Both the position numbers and the translations under genes were made by a program. Below, piece after piece: positions 1 to 12,796 of a DNA stretch of 64,000 bases. Numbering within the stretch: the first letter of the stretch is position 1; each line of letters starts with the position of its first letter. The notes under the pieces are model-generated. The model made no database searches. It was not told the origin of the DNA and was given only the letters and a program-made list of their open reading frames with translations. This stretch comes from Octopus vulgaris (lineage: Eukaryota). The stretch spans positions 162,440,001 through 162,504,000 of the forward strand of contig OX597815.1 of NCBI GenBank assembly GCA_951406725.2, given 5' to 3'.

Positions 1-280
1 CGGTTGGAGCTTTTAACGTGCCACCGGTATGGAAGCCAGCCAAGGCGGTGCTGGCAACGGCCACGTTCGGATGGTGCTTTTTATGTGCCACCGGCACAGA
101 AGCCAGTCGGGGCAGCGCTGGCATCGGCCACGTCTCGGATGGTGCATTTTATGTGCTACCGGCACAGAAGCCAGTCGAGGCAGCGCTGGCAACGGCCACG
201 TTCGGATGGTGCTTTTGCCGAACGTGGCCGTTGCCAGCGCCACCTCGACTGGCTTCTGTGCCGGTAGCACATAAAAAGCA

Positions 281-284
<4 letters not shown>
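1..284. repeat. Tandem ~67-bp GC-rich units of a SINE-associated repeat, with the last unit inverted to form a hairpin (139-284)
   Basis: Unit gtgccaccggcacagaagccagtcg...gctggcaacggccacgttcggatggtgcttttt occurs three times, followed by its reverse complement at 218-284. Related units occur at 9480-9610 and 34650-34770. Confidence 0.85.
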
Positions 285-322
<38 letters not shown>

Positions 323-564
323 TTATTTATTTACCTTGAAATACATAAGATGGTGAATTAATAATATTAAAATTTTCCAATGTTTTTTTTTTAATATACA
401 ATAACTTTGCAAATACTATTTCCATAATTCTCAATTTTAATATGTATTTTAACTAACATACAGCAACAACTGTGACCACACAGTGGATTATTATAATGGA
501 ATAAGCAGATGTGCTTCAAGAGGAAACAAGCTGGGATTTACCTTAACTACCTATATTATATATG

Positions 565-830
565 CTGTGTTCTTGAGCAAGACACTTTATTTCACGTTGC
601 TCCAGTTTACTCAACTGTAGAAATGAGTTGCAATGTCACTGGTGCCAAGCTGTATTGCCTTTACCTTTTCCTTAGATAACATTGGTGGCATGGCGAGAGA
701 AGGCTGGTGCGCATGGGTGACTGTTGGTCTTCCATAATAACCTTGCCTGGACTTGTGCCTCAGAGGGGAACTTTCTGGTGCAATCTCATGGTCATTCATT
801 ACCAAAGAGACCTTTACCCTTTACCCTTTA
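565..830 (+). mobile_element. SINE family C body (gtgttcttgagcaagacactttatttcacgttgctccagt...)
   Basis: The same body recurs at 11517-11735(+), 14930-15052(-), 18428-18753(+), 22044-22368(+), 24680-25008(-), 58420-58690(+) and 60600-60912(-). Full copies have a tRNA-like head with A box tggcttagtggttagg and B box gttcgattcc. Confidence 0.8.
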
Positions 831-1169
831 TGTGTATGTGTGTGTGTGTGTTTGTGTGTGTGTTGGATGTGTGTTTTGCTCTCTCCTAGCCTTGATTTCA
901 AGTGGTAGTAGTAAAGCGAATGTCACCATCATGGAAGTGGTGTCCTTTGTTTAGTCTTCTGTGAAAGCACATCTGGTTGTGGGGAAAATATTACCTAACA
1001 TGGGAACAGGTGAAAGCAGGCAACAGGAAGGGCATCCAGCTATAGAAAATCCACCTCGGCAAATTCCATCTGACCTATGCAAGCATGGAAAAACGGATAC
1101 TAAAATGATGATGATGATGATGATGTGGTGCACCTGAGTACTGTATGCAATAATTTCATTATTATTATT

Positions 1170-1482
1170 AGATGCTGGTGGCACGTAAAAAGCACCAACC
1201 GATTGTGGAAGTTGCCAGCCTCCCCTGGCACCTGTGCTGGTAGCACGTAAAAAGCACCAACCGATCGTGGAAGTTGCCAGCCTCCCCTGGCACCTGTGCT
1301 GGTGGCACGTAAAAAGCACCCACTACACTCACGGAGTGGTTGCCGTTAGGAAGGGCATCCAGCTGTAGAAACACTGCCAGATCAGGCTGGAGCCTGGTGC
1401 AGCCTCCTGGCTTCCCACACCCCGGTTGAACCGTCCAGCCCATGCTAGCATGGAAAATGGACGTTAAATGATGATGATGATG
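1170..1482 (+). mobile_element. Repeat family D (RTE-LINE-like 3' tail ending in (GAT)n) with internal tandem duplications
   Basis: ggcacgtaaaaagcacc...ggagtggttggcgttaggaagggcatccagctgtagaaa...catgctagcatggaaaatggacgttaaatgatgatg. Other copies at about 9480-9775, 15640-15900, 28690-28942, 32560-32700, 37290-37560, 49200-49400, 51925-52390(-) and 54940-55152. Confidence 0.8.
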
Positions 1483-1764
1483 TAGCATTTTGAAATCGCT
1501 CCCCAAAATTCAAATCATTGTATTAGTCTCACCTTGTTTGAACAATATTAGAAGCCATGTCTACACAAATGTAGTGGCTTTCACTCTTTTCCAGACTGAG
1601 TGATAATTACAAGCCTTGTCTCTATCATGTAGTGGTTTACATGATAGCAACATCAGGATATCAACACCAGATATGATTAATATCAGAGAACATCCATCAC
1701 CCTTTTCAAATTTTAATAGTCATGTTCAAATGTACACAAATGCAGATATCAATATATGTGCATG

Positions 1765-1872
1765 TGTATATACATACATACATACATACATACATACATA
1801 CACACACAGACATACATACATACATACATACATACATACATACATACATACATACGTACATACATACGTACA

Positions 1873-1904
<32 letters not shown>

Positions 1905-2330
1905 CACACACACACACATACATGTATGTATATGTATATAAAAATATATGTATGAACACACAGGTGCATATATATGTAGATATGCAAATATGCTCTCACA
2001 CATACCTTACAAATATATAAATACACACTTTCACACACACACATGAAGTAAATATGCATATATATGAATGTATATATATATATATATAAATACATACATA
2101 CCTCCTCCTCCTCGTCCTCATCATCATCATTATCATGTAACATGTTTTCCATGTTAACATGCACACACATATATTTGTAAATATGTATAACATATATGTA
2201 TGCATGTGCATATATATATATACACATGCGCATGCACGCATACACATACACACATACACATGTGTATGCATTCACACACACACACACAATCACACATACA
2301 CAAACACACACACACACACTTACATACACA
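1765..2330. repeat. Compound (TACA)n/(CA)n/(TA)n microsatellite
   Basis: Directly visible. It explains the low-complexity YIHT/VCMY ORFs. Confidence 0.95.
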
Positions 2331-2660
2331 TCATTCTCATATCAGTATACAGAAAATCTATTGACATAGTAAATATGCTTGCCAAGTTTCTCATTAATCT
2401 TGGCATGGTTTATAGAGAAATCAAAGGTTGTGCATGTAAAATAACTTCAGATTTTTCTAAAGCTGCATAGGACTCCTTATTAGAACTTAAATCTTGTGCA
2501 TGTATGAAGTGCAGGCATGGCAGTGTGATAAGAAGCCTTGCTTCTCAACCCTATGGTTGTGAGTTCAGTCCCACTGCATGGCACCTTGGGCAAGTGTCTT
2601 CTACTATAGCCTTGGATTGACCAAAGCCTTGTGAATGGATTTGGTAGATGGAAACTGAAA

Positions 2661-2845
2661 AAAGCTTCTTTTAGTTTTCGTATTTTCCAGTGGTGTTCTC
2701 TATCTATTATTTTAACTTCATCCCACAGGGGTAGGTGGTTCAAAATTTCCCCAAGACACCTGAAGAAGGCTGGAAGGTATATCAGCCGAAACGTTGTGTA
2801 AACAACAAACAAGATGAGGACAAATATCCGTTGAATGTAAATAAT
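2661..2845. mobile_element. Penelope-like retroelement remnant: GIY-YIG C-terminal fragment (-) joined to an inverted pseudo-LTR (+) carrying a hammerhead motif
   Basis: The minus-strand peptide NHLPLWDEVKIIDREHHWKIRKLKEA resembles the Penelope GIY-YIG consensus H.IDW..VKILDRE..W.KR..KEA. It is followed on the plus strand by CTGAAGA-stem-GAAACGTT and ends in (ATT)n. Confidence 0.8.
2756..2799 (+). ncRNA. Minimal type-I hammerhead ribozyme motif (Penelope type)
   Basis: Stem I ACAC (2756-59)/GUGU (2796-99). Core CUGAAGA (2760-66) plus an extra A. Stem II GGCUG/CAGCC. GAAA (2788-91), palindromic stem III ACGU, and NUH = GUU. Confidence 0.72.
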
Positions 2846-2939
2846 AATTATTATTATCACTTTTACTATTATTATTATTATTATTATTATTATGATTATC
2901 ATTATTATTATTATTATTGTTATTATTGTTATTGTTATT

Positions 2940-3469
2940 AAAATGTGGAGATCTGGCGGAATCATTAGCACACCAGAAAAAATTGCTTAACAGCATTTTT
3001 TCTGCTTTTATGTTCTGAGTTTAAATTCTGCCAAGGTTGATTTTGCCTTTTATTCTCTCGGGGTCAATGAAATAAACACTGGTTGAGGCCTAGCAGGTGG
3101 TGTGGTATGGTGTGTGGTGTGTGTATATATGTGTGGTGGGGTGTATCATCAGACCTAGTGTCTATAGTAGAAAGAATTATTATTATCATTATTATTATTA
3201 TTATTGTTATTATTATTATTACCACCACCACCACCACCACTATCATCATCGTCGTCGTGATATTAAGTGGTGAACTGGCAGAATCATTAGCATGCTTAAC
3301 AGCATTTTTGTCTGTTTTCACATTCTGAGTTCAAATCCTGCTGAGGGGTCAACTTTACCTTTCATCCTTTTGTGGTTGATAAAACAAGTACCAATTGAAT
3401 ATTGGGGTTGATGTAATCAACTCATCCCCTCCCCCAAAACTGCTGCCCTTGTGGCAAAATTTGAAATCC

Positions 3470-3510
<41 letters not shown>

Positions 3511-3738
3511 GTTATTACGATATTAAGCAGTGAACTGACACAATCGTTAGTGTGCTGGGCGAAATGTTTAACAGCACTTCGTCTGTTTTCACATTCGAGT
3601 TCAAATTCTGCCGAGGTCAACTTTATCTTTTATCCTTCTGGGGTCAATGAAATAAGTACCAGTCAAGCACTGGGCTCAATGTAATCAACTTATCCCCCTC
3701 CCACAAAATTGCAGGCTTTGTGCCAAAATTTGAAATCA
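2940..3738 (+). mobile_element. Three head-to-tail family B tRNA-derived SINEs separated by (ATT)n tails
   Basis: Repeated gtggcgagctggcagaatcgttagc...ctgagttcaaattc...ggtcgactttgcctttcatcc...aataagtaccag...gtgccaaaatttgaaa. About 20 copies or fragments occur in the window. Confidence 0.85.
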
Positions 3739-4422
3739 TCATCATTGCTCTTGTTGTTGTTGTTGTTATTTCTATTTTTATCCAGGATTTCATTGGTAGA
3801 GGGCTGTCTGCAGTGAAATATAACACTATAAACCCCATGTGCCAAACTAATTATCCATAAACCACCAAACTGTAAATAAAGTCAGATCGTAATTGATATC
3901 TTTGGAGGAAATTACTTGTATCAGATTATGAAGATCAATACGTAAGTATTACAAATGTCATTAGATGGTTTACATTACAAAACAGCAGCAAGAGAAAAAT
4001 CAAGATCTCTGATAAGAAATTAAGCTAGCTTCTTGTTTTTGCAAAAATTTAACCACAGGCATGGCTGTGTGATTTAGAAGCTGGCTTTGCAATTATGTGG
4101 TTTCAGGTTTTGTTCCTCTGTGCAGTAACTTGGGTAACTGTTTTCTGCTATGGCCCTGGGCTGACCAATACTTTGTGAGTGAATTTGGTAGATAGAAACT
4201 GTGTTCAAGCTCACTCTGTGTGTGTGTATGTATATATGATATATATGATATATATATATGTATCATCATATATATACATATATATATACATATATATATA
4301 TACACATACACATATCATATATATATATATATATATATATACGCACATACATACACATACATATATACATACATATATATATATATACACACATATACAT
4401 TTACATATACACATACATACAT

Positions 4423-4473
<51 letters not shown>

Positions 4474-4513
4474 CATGTGTGTGTGTGTGTATATATACAC
4501 ATATATATATATA

Positions 4514-5388
4514 CAGGGTGCAATGAGTAAACTGTTGTCTAAATTGCACAAAAATGAAAATGACACTAACATCTCATTTTAACAGATATATTTACCAAAA
4601 TTAACATACAAATGTCTTGAAATACTAAAGAGTAAATTTACTCAATAAAATCACCATTGGCTTCAGCAACGTCCTCCAGACAACTTCGGAATCTCCTGCA
4701 ACTCTTCTGGACTGTCTCCTTGCTTAAGTTGGTAAATGCTGCCATAATCCTTGCCTTCAGTTCATCTTCGGTGTTACAAGGAGTTTTGTTGGTCTCTTGG
4801 TCAGCTGCACCCCACACATAATAATCAAGGGGTTTGCCATATGGGGGGGGGGGTTATGTGGCCAGATGTTAGGGGTGATGTCGTTGCAGAAATTGTCTGA
4901 CAGCCATGATTGGATTCTCCTGCTTGTTTGGTATGGTGCAGTATCTTGTTGCCAGACATAGCGTCCTCCAGCAGCCACCCTCTTGACCCAGGGCATCACT
5001 ACCTCCTCCAGGCACTTGATGTAGGCTTCTGTGTTGAGTCTGAGGCCATGTGGGAAGATAAATGGAATCATAACGTTGCCATCACTAGTGATCACTCCTA
5101 ACACCATGATGTTGACTGGATGTTTGATTTTTAGCACTCTTGGTACATGTCCTCAGATTGCACTGTCCTCTGAAATTTTCGTATTGGAGCCTCCGGTGCA
5201 AATGCCAAGCAGTACAGCATGTCATTTCCAAATTTCTGACAGAGTGAATTGCGTCATGGTGCTGTTATACTTACAGACAGTGCCCAAATGTCCCTATTAT
5301 ACTGAGTAGACAACAAAATCAAAAACAAACAATGCACATGAATGAAATTAAAAATATAAAATGGCGACAATGTACCCATCGCACCCTG
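4514..5388 (-). mobile_element. Internally deleted Tc1/mariner-superfamily (maT/DD37D-like) transposon
   Basis: TIRs CAGGGTGCAATGAGTAAA / TGTACCCATCGCACCCTG with TA target duplications. Minus ORF 4757-5137 contains KHP..IMVLGVITSDG...YVWQQDTAP...WP. Confidence 0.9.
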
Positions 5389-5489
5389 TATATACATGTG
5401 TGTGTGTATGTGTGTGTGTGTGTGTGAGTGTATCTTCATCATCATCATCATCATCATAATTTAATGTCTGTTTTCCATGCTGATGGTTT

Positions 5490-6034
5490 AGGGAGCAATT
5501 TGGAGTAATGGTTGATCAGAGCTTGTGGAGTGTGAGGGAGACAAATATGTGCCTATATTGCAGAAAGGACTCCTTCCAATCTTCTCCAATGGTGAAATAA
5601 TTAAAGAAGACTCTTTATTTATGGATGTTGGGGCTCCTTGTCACACGACTAAAATGACCCAAGATTTGTTGGATGAGAATGACATTAAAAAGCTTCCATT
5701 GCCAAGCCAGTTACCAGATTTGAACCCTATTAGACACCTTTAGGACATAATGAACAGGACAGTTCATAAAAAGAACAAGAAAGCATCTTGAAAGCCAGAT
5801 CTTTTGCGATTACTGCATGAAACTTGGCAAGAAATTCCGCAAGAGAATATTTCTCATCTGATTAGTAACATACCTAATAGGGTCCTTGCATTGAAGAATG
5901 CAGAGGGCATGTCCACTAAATATTAAATATTCACATTATAACAATTAATAAATAATTTGAATGTATAATTTCAGATTTAAATAAATCTTAATGATTATAA
6001 GGGTGTCTGTTTACTTCTGTCATGCCTGCATGTA
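5490..6034 (+). mobile_element. Tc1 (DD34E-type) transposase 3' fragment, with stop codons
   Basis: FMDVGAPCH...PSQLPDLNPI.HL...WQEIPQENISHLISNIPNRV..LKNAEGMSTKY*, followed by a degenerate right TIR. Confidence 0.85.
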
Positions 6035-6082
<48 letters not shown>

Positions 6083-6309
6083 CATACATGTATATATACA
6101 TAACATGGAGACAATGTAAATTAAAATATTTGCCAGTATTGAAAACAAATCTGCATTTTATAAAAGGTAGAACTACATTTCCCCTGAATCTATTAAATAA
6201 TATAAAAATATAAAATCTTGAAAATATGTTGTTTTTGCTCTCTTCTTAGAATCTAAAAGACAAATATTTACCAAAACTTGATGTCACTCTATATATTTAT
6301 GCAAACAGC

Positions 6310-6570
6310 TTTTCTTTAGACTTTTCTTTCTTTCTTTCTTCCTTCGTTCCTTCGTTCCTTCATTCCTTTCTTTCTCTCTCTCTCATTCTCTTTCTCCCTT
6401 TCTATTTCCTTTTCTTTCTTTCTTTCTTTCTTTGTTTCTCTCTCTCTCTCTTTTCCTTCTCACACTATTTTTCGTCACCCTTTTTCTCTCATTTTTTTTT
6501 CTCTTTTCTTTCTCTTCCTTCCTTCGTTCCTTCATTCCTCCCTCCCTCCCTCCCTCCTCGCCCCTCTCTT
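6310..6570. repeat. Polypyrimidine (CTTT/CT/CCTT) low-complexity tract
   Basis: Directly visible. Confidence 0.9.
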
Positions 6571-7120
6571 AAGTTGAAGTATTAGCTTTTCACTCATTAA
6601 TTTCCAAGCCATTCATAAATATAAAATCTCTCAGTTCACTGTTATAACCTTCCATTTTAACAAGAAAAAAGAAAAATGTCAGACCATTAAAAACATAATT
6701 TAAAATTAAAGGCTTTATCTATTTATTTATTTATTCATTTAATGACTTAGACATTAAAAACAAATTAGGTAATTTCAAGGTAAAAAAAGAAAAAGAAGAA
6801 ATACTAATTGAAGAATAAAATATATAAAACTGAAATGATAAAGAGTTGAGAATAATAAATGAGAAAGAGAAATTTGGTAAAAAAAAAAATACTCGTATTG
6901 AAAAAAATTAAATATTATAGACGCAAGCTTGGCTATGTGGTAAGAAGCTTGCTTCCCAACCACATGGTTCCAGGTTATGTAACCATTGTTCTTCCTTTAA
7001 ATTAAGACATAGGGCTGGCAGGACGTCTCTAGCCATGAAGATTTGGGAGCTCAAGGACGACAGTGTTAAATTAAATTAGAATTTTGGATAATCATTAGGG
7101 TTGCTAAACCGTACTTAAAA

Positions 7121-7307
7121 TAGGCGCAGGAGTGGCTGTGTGGTATGTAGCTTGCTAACCAAGCATATGGTTCCGGGTTCAGTCCCACTGTGTGGCACCT
7201 TGGGCAAGTGTCTTCTGCTATAGCCCCGGGCCGACCAATGCCTTGTGAGTGGATTTGGTAGACAGGAACTGAAAGAAGCCTGTCGTATATATGTATATAT
7301 ATATATT

Positions 7308-7338
<31 letters not shown>

Positions 7339-7566
7339 GTATGTGTGTGTGTGTTTGTGTGTCTGTGTTTGTCCCCCTAGCATTGCTTGACAACCGATGC
7401 TGGTGTGTTTACGTCCCCGTACCTTAGCGGTTCGGCAAAAGAGACCGATAGAATAAGTACTGGGCTTACAAAGAATAAGTCCCATGGTCGATTTGCTCGA
7501 CTAAAGGTGCTGCTCCAGCATGGCCGCAGTCCAATGACTGAAACAAGTAAAAGAGTAAAAGAGTAG
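7121..7566 (+). mobile_element. Full-length family A tRNA-derived SINE with an internal (TA)n(TG)n microsatellite
   Basis: ggcgcaggagtggctgtgtgg...ggttcagtcccactg...gcaccttgggcaagtgtcttct...gactgaaacaagtaaaagagtaaaaga. Copies at 9085-9460(-), 10301-10677(-), 12515-12955(-), 35560-36010(+), 47463-48040 (both strands) and 57555-57925(-). Confidence 0.88.
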
Positions 7567-7935
7567 ATACAGGTGCCATGATGATGATGATGATAGGGCA
7601 ATTCCAAGCAAAAGGAGATAAAAACTGATAAATTATGATAAAAATGTAATCAGGGCAGCAGTCTTGGATCCTGTCTAGAAGATGACAATTTCACTGTAAG
7701 GACAAAAGGTAGGTATCCAGTTCCAACCTAGAAAAAAAAAAAAAAACTTACCATCTTGCAAAGATGTATTTTAAGGAAGAACTGGAATAAAACCACAGTT
7801 TGGCAGTGTTATTTTTTAGAAGATCATCCTGTTTGTCAGCAAAAATAATTTACTGAGGCCTTAGAATTTGTTGCATCAGTTACGTTTTGGCATTTTAAAT
7901 TTAGTCCACAAAATCCTGTCAAATAATTACTTTAA

Positions 7936-8156
7936 CCCTTTAGCATTTAAACCGGCCATATCCGGCCAAAAGTATTCTGACTGTTTTATGTTCAAATTGG
8001 CCAGATTTAGTCTCTCACACCAATCCTACAACATCATTTTAAAAATTAACAGCTACCTCATCAAAATCTCATAGCTACAAAATAATGCATGATTAGTTCA
8101 AAACAATTTGGATAAAAAAGCATTAATTTTGGCAGAATAATGCGAACACTAAAGGG
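7936..8156. mobile_element. piggyBac-type MITE
   Basis: TTAA|CCCTTTAG ... CTAAAGGG|TTAA. Related degraded copies at about 32240-32450, 48090-48296, 50155-50530 and 58770-58993. Confidence 0.8.
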
Positions 8157-11100
8157 TTAAACCAATGGAACCATTATGATATGCTGTAAGGGTGGATTTT
8201 ATTCTTATACACAGTACTTTATATTTTCAGTTACATGTACCTGGTTGTGCCCTGTTCATGGAAATTTCAGTCACATTATGATCAGTGATTCGCAGTATTA
8301 CAGAGCTTCCACAGTTACCTGCAATGCATGTAAAATGTCTTGATTTAATTATGTAAGACATTATGCATGTAATGCAATAAGCTTCAAGAAATGTTATTTA
8401 GAACTTTGTGTTGAAGTGCAGCACATATTTTGAATACATAGAGTGTGTTTTTACCTTTCAATCAATTCCCAATGTTTCTCATTGATTAAAATAAAAATGT
8501 GGAAAACTAATTGGTATCCAAGTTTCAGTGTTGCGCCAGTTACACATTTCTTCAGCAAAAGAGACTGATAGAATACGTACTAGGCTTACAAAGAATAAGT
8601 CCTGGGATTGATTTCTTTGACTAAACCCTTTAAGGTGGTGCTCCAGCATGGCCACAGTCAAATGACTGAAACAAGTAAAAGAATAAAGGAATAAAAGGAT
8701 TCTTAATATGTGGACTGAATAGTAAATAGAACTGTTGTTGACAAGCTGATAATAAATTGAATGATTTTGATCAGAATTATGCTCAAGTAAGCTAAGCAAC
8801 AATTATTACTATAATGGTTATATCACCAAAGCTAATGAGAAGATTTATGACCTAGTTGTTAAGTAACTAGGCACTCAGAGCATGATGGATTTTACCATTC
8901 AGGTTTCAGCTCTTTCAGAACTCTCTGAGGATGTGTTCAGTTGGATTATGCATACAGTGGTTGTAATTGTACATATGAGTTGCAATTATAGTGTGACATC
9001 ATTAATCTATCACTGAATACAAAAACATATAACAAATGAAATACAGGAATATCAAGTTCACATATATATATATATATCTTCCTCTTTTTTCGCTTTTTAC
9101 TTGTTTCAGTCATTTGACTGCGGCCATTCTGGAGCACCGCCTTTAGTCGAGCAAATCGACCCCGGGACTTATTCTTTGTAAGCCCAGTACTTATTCTATC
9201 AGTCTCTTTTGCCGAACCGCCAAGTAACGGGGACGTAAACACACCAGCATCAGTTGTCAAGCAATGCTAGAGGGACAAACACAGACACACATACACGTAT
9301 ATATACATATATACGACAGGCTTCTTTCAGTTTCCGTCTACCAAATCCACTCACAAGGCTTTAGTCGGCCCGAGGCTATAGCAGAAGACACTTGCCCAAG
9401 ATGCCATGCAGTGGGACTGAACTTGGAACCATGTGGTTGGTTAGCAAGCTACTTACCACATCCCTTAAAAAAAGAAAACTTTCGAGCGAGGTCGTTGCCA
9501 GTGCCGCTGGACTGGCTCCTGTGCATGTAGCATGTAAAAAACACCATTTGAGCATGGCTGTTGCCAGTACTGCCTGACTGACCCTCTTGCCGGTGGCATG
9601 TAAAAGCACCCACTACACTCTCGGAGTGGTTGGTGTTAGGAAGGGCATCTAGCTGTAGAAACTCTGCCAGATCAGATTGGAGCCTGGTGCAGCCATCTGG
9701 TTCGCCAGTCCTCAGTCAAATCATCCAACCCATGCCAGCATGGAAAGCAGACGTTAAATGATGATGATGATGGTGATTATATATATGTATATATATATAT
9801 ATATATATATTTAGAAATTAAGAGAGTCTTGAAAGCAGAAGAATAGCTGTGACGACAGCTTTATAAAGTCAGGGAAAAGGTGGCAGCTCCCTTCGTTCAT
9901 TGATTTGCACACTTAGACTCCTTGCTGTCATAGTGGCTTCATCTCCCTTCTGTCCTGACAATGTCTCATCATGTCTTGTGCCACATTCCTGTGAGGACCT
10001 CTGCTTGCCAGCATGCTGTGGAAGCTCACAGTCTTTTGCTGCCCTGTTGGCTGATGTCATCCTGGGAATGTTGTTGCTTATACTCATGCCTTCCACAATC
10101 AATCACTTGTTTGTCTTTTTCTGTTGATCACAGAAGGCTGGTTGAATGCTCTGTACCATTGAGCTAAGTGACCTCTGACACTCAGTAAAAGTTAAATGAA
10201 AACGGCAATGATAATTATGAATATCCAGTACTCTACGAGTAATCCCCCTATACTCCATTATATCATATCACACTTATTTTATGCAAAAATGCTTGTCATA
10301 CTCTTTACTCTTTCACTTGTTTCAGCCATTTGACTGTGGCCATGCTGGAGCACCACCTTTAGTCGAGCAAATCGACCTCAGGACTTATTCTTTGTAAGCC
10401 TAGTACTTATTGTATCGGTCTCTTTTGCTGAACTGCTAAGTTACAGGGACGTAAACACACCACCATCAGTTGTCAAGCGATGTTGGGAGGACAAACACAG
10501 ACACACAAACACACACACACACACATATATATATACACGACAGGCTTCTTTCAGTTTCCGTCTACCAAATCCACTCACAAAGCTTTGGTCAACCCAAGGC
10601 TATAGTAGAAGACATTTACCCAAGATGCCACACAGTGGGACTGAACCCAGAACCATGTGGTTCGTAAGCAAGCTTCTATATGTATAGATACGTTCTTCTG
10701 TTCAATATACAAAAAGATATAGTGTATACAGTGCCAACAAGCTAAACAAACTCCTATTTTGTAACCATCAGCATAGATGTAAAGCCCTGTTTTTATCATA
10801 TAATATATGAGACATGTTTATAGAGCTTCACAGGTATGCATCTTCCGGTATGTGTATGAATTTGTGTATACAGAAATCCTCTGCATTATAGGAATATTGT
10901 GTTCTAGAAAAATGTGCCATAATGTAAAATCCTGTAATGTGAAATTCATTTCCTCAGTGAATTTTCTGTTATAAAAAAACAATGTTTTCTGATATATGTC
11001 TTCAAAAACCAAGCAAAAACAACTTCTTTTATGTATGAAAATAACAATTTCTAAACATATATATTGTACAAAATATGTACATAGAAATATTCAAAGTGAA

Positions 11101-11764
11101 ATATGTTAAGGAATAAATAAGAATTGTAATATACTAGGAAAGATTAAGGTTCTGAGCTGACAGTACTGTTAGCAAGCTGGGCAAAATACTTAGCGATATT
11201 TTGTCTTTCTACTGAGGTTGTCTTTATCTTTCATCCTTTCTGGGTTAATAGAATATGTAGCAGTTGAACACTGAAGTCGATGTAACTGACTTAATCCCTC
11301 TCCTGAAATTACTGGCCTTGTGCCATAATTTGAAATCAGTATAATAGGGTACATTCTAATGACAAAAGATGTTGATGACTGACTTGAAGAATAATGGGGA
11401 AATATGAGTTACTGGGAGGATGTGATACATTACCTTCTACAATGGAGTTCATCATCCTAAACCTCTGCCTGAGGCTTGTACCAGATTGATGTTTTTTAGC
11501 GTATCATCTCTTTGCATGTGGAGGCGCATGGCTTAGTGGTTAGGGTGTTGAACTCATGATCGTATGGTTGTGGTTTCGATTCCTGGACCAGGCGATGCAT
11601 TGTATTCTTGAGCAAAACACTTCATTTTCACGTTGCTCCAGTCCACTCAGCTGGCAAAAATGAGTAATCCTGCGATGGACCTGCATCCCGTACAGGTGGG
11701 GAATTTCTACGCCACTGAAACTGGGAGTCTGGCATGGCTTGAGATGGAACATTTATTTTATTTC

Positions 11765-12060
11765 TTTGCACAGTTAAGTGTAGAAACCGGGCTCAATGTA
11801 AATACTTCTTGGAATTTTCACATGACCTTCGCAATTAGGATCATTATCAGCAAAAACTTGCAGACCTTCCCCTATTAGTGTCAACCCTTTATTGATACTC
11901 TTTGCAGTCAATTTTTGTGGAGTTGGTGGAATTTCCATATTTACATATGTATTTTCATCTTTCTCTGGTTTTAACAGCATCAGCTCTGCTTTAGATAAAC
12001 TTTCTTTGTAGAGCACTTGGAATACTGGCGACTCAACTACATCACTCTCTTTGAGAATGT
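11765..12060 (-). mobile_element. pogo/Tigger-like transposase C-terminal remnant
   Basis: ESLSKAELMLL...P.KLTAKSINKGL..I.EGLQVFADNDPNCE..VKIPRSI resembles the Tigger/TIGD C-terminus (F...DPN.ERS.KV). Confidence 0.55.
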
Positions 12061-12728
12061 TCCATCTTTGGACTTCTTTCTTTCAACACCTCAAATGTAA
12101 GATCTCTTCCTTGAAGATGGAGGCTCATCTTATTCAACGATGGAATCAATCTACAAACATCATTTAGGACCACCGAGCCCTCAGAAACAGCTGTTGGATT
12201 TGTAATACTTTTCTTCAACTCCTTTAATTCTCGATATCATTTCTATTCTGCTTAAGTTGGACCTTTTTGCATATAAACATATATACATTTTTTGTATTTC
12301 ATGTATTTAATATACTCTATATATTGACCTTCTATATTGACCTACCTAACTTGCTTATCTTTACATTTACTTCTATACTCGCTCAAGTTTAAATCCCTTG
12401 AGCACTACTAAGTGTATTCTATACAAGGAATATCTGATCCCCATCTATGAACTATATATATATATATATACACACACATATAAATATATGTGTCTATGTG
12501 TGTGACATAGATATACTCTTTTACTTGTTTCAGTCATTTGACTGTGGCCATACTGGAGCAGTCGAGCTAATCGACCCTAGGGCTTATTCTTTGTAAGCCT
12601 AGTACTTATTCTATTGGTCTCTTTTGCTGAACCGCTAAGTTACGGGAATGTTAACACACCACCACCAGTTGTCAAGCAATGTTGGAGGGACAAACACAGA
12701 CACACAAACATATACACACACACATACG

Positions 12729-12796
<68 letters not shown>

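Noticed and set aside
1-284. CRISPR-like repeat array
   Set aside because: The units are contiguous with no unique spacers, in a eukaryotic SINE-associated context.
1616-2470. Many long ORFs rich in Y/I/H/T/V/C/M (also 4093-4582, 12614-12926, 26035-27216)
   Set aside because: They are translations of stop-free (TA)/(CA)/(TACA) microsatellites, not genes.
11517-11590. tRNA-like sequences at SINE heads (also 18428, 22044, 7121)
   Set aside because: A and B boxes are present but run into SINE bodies, with no proper acceptor stem.
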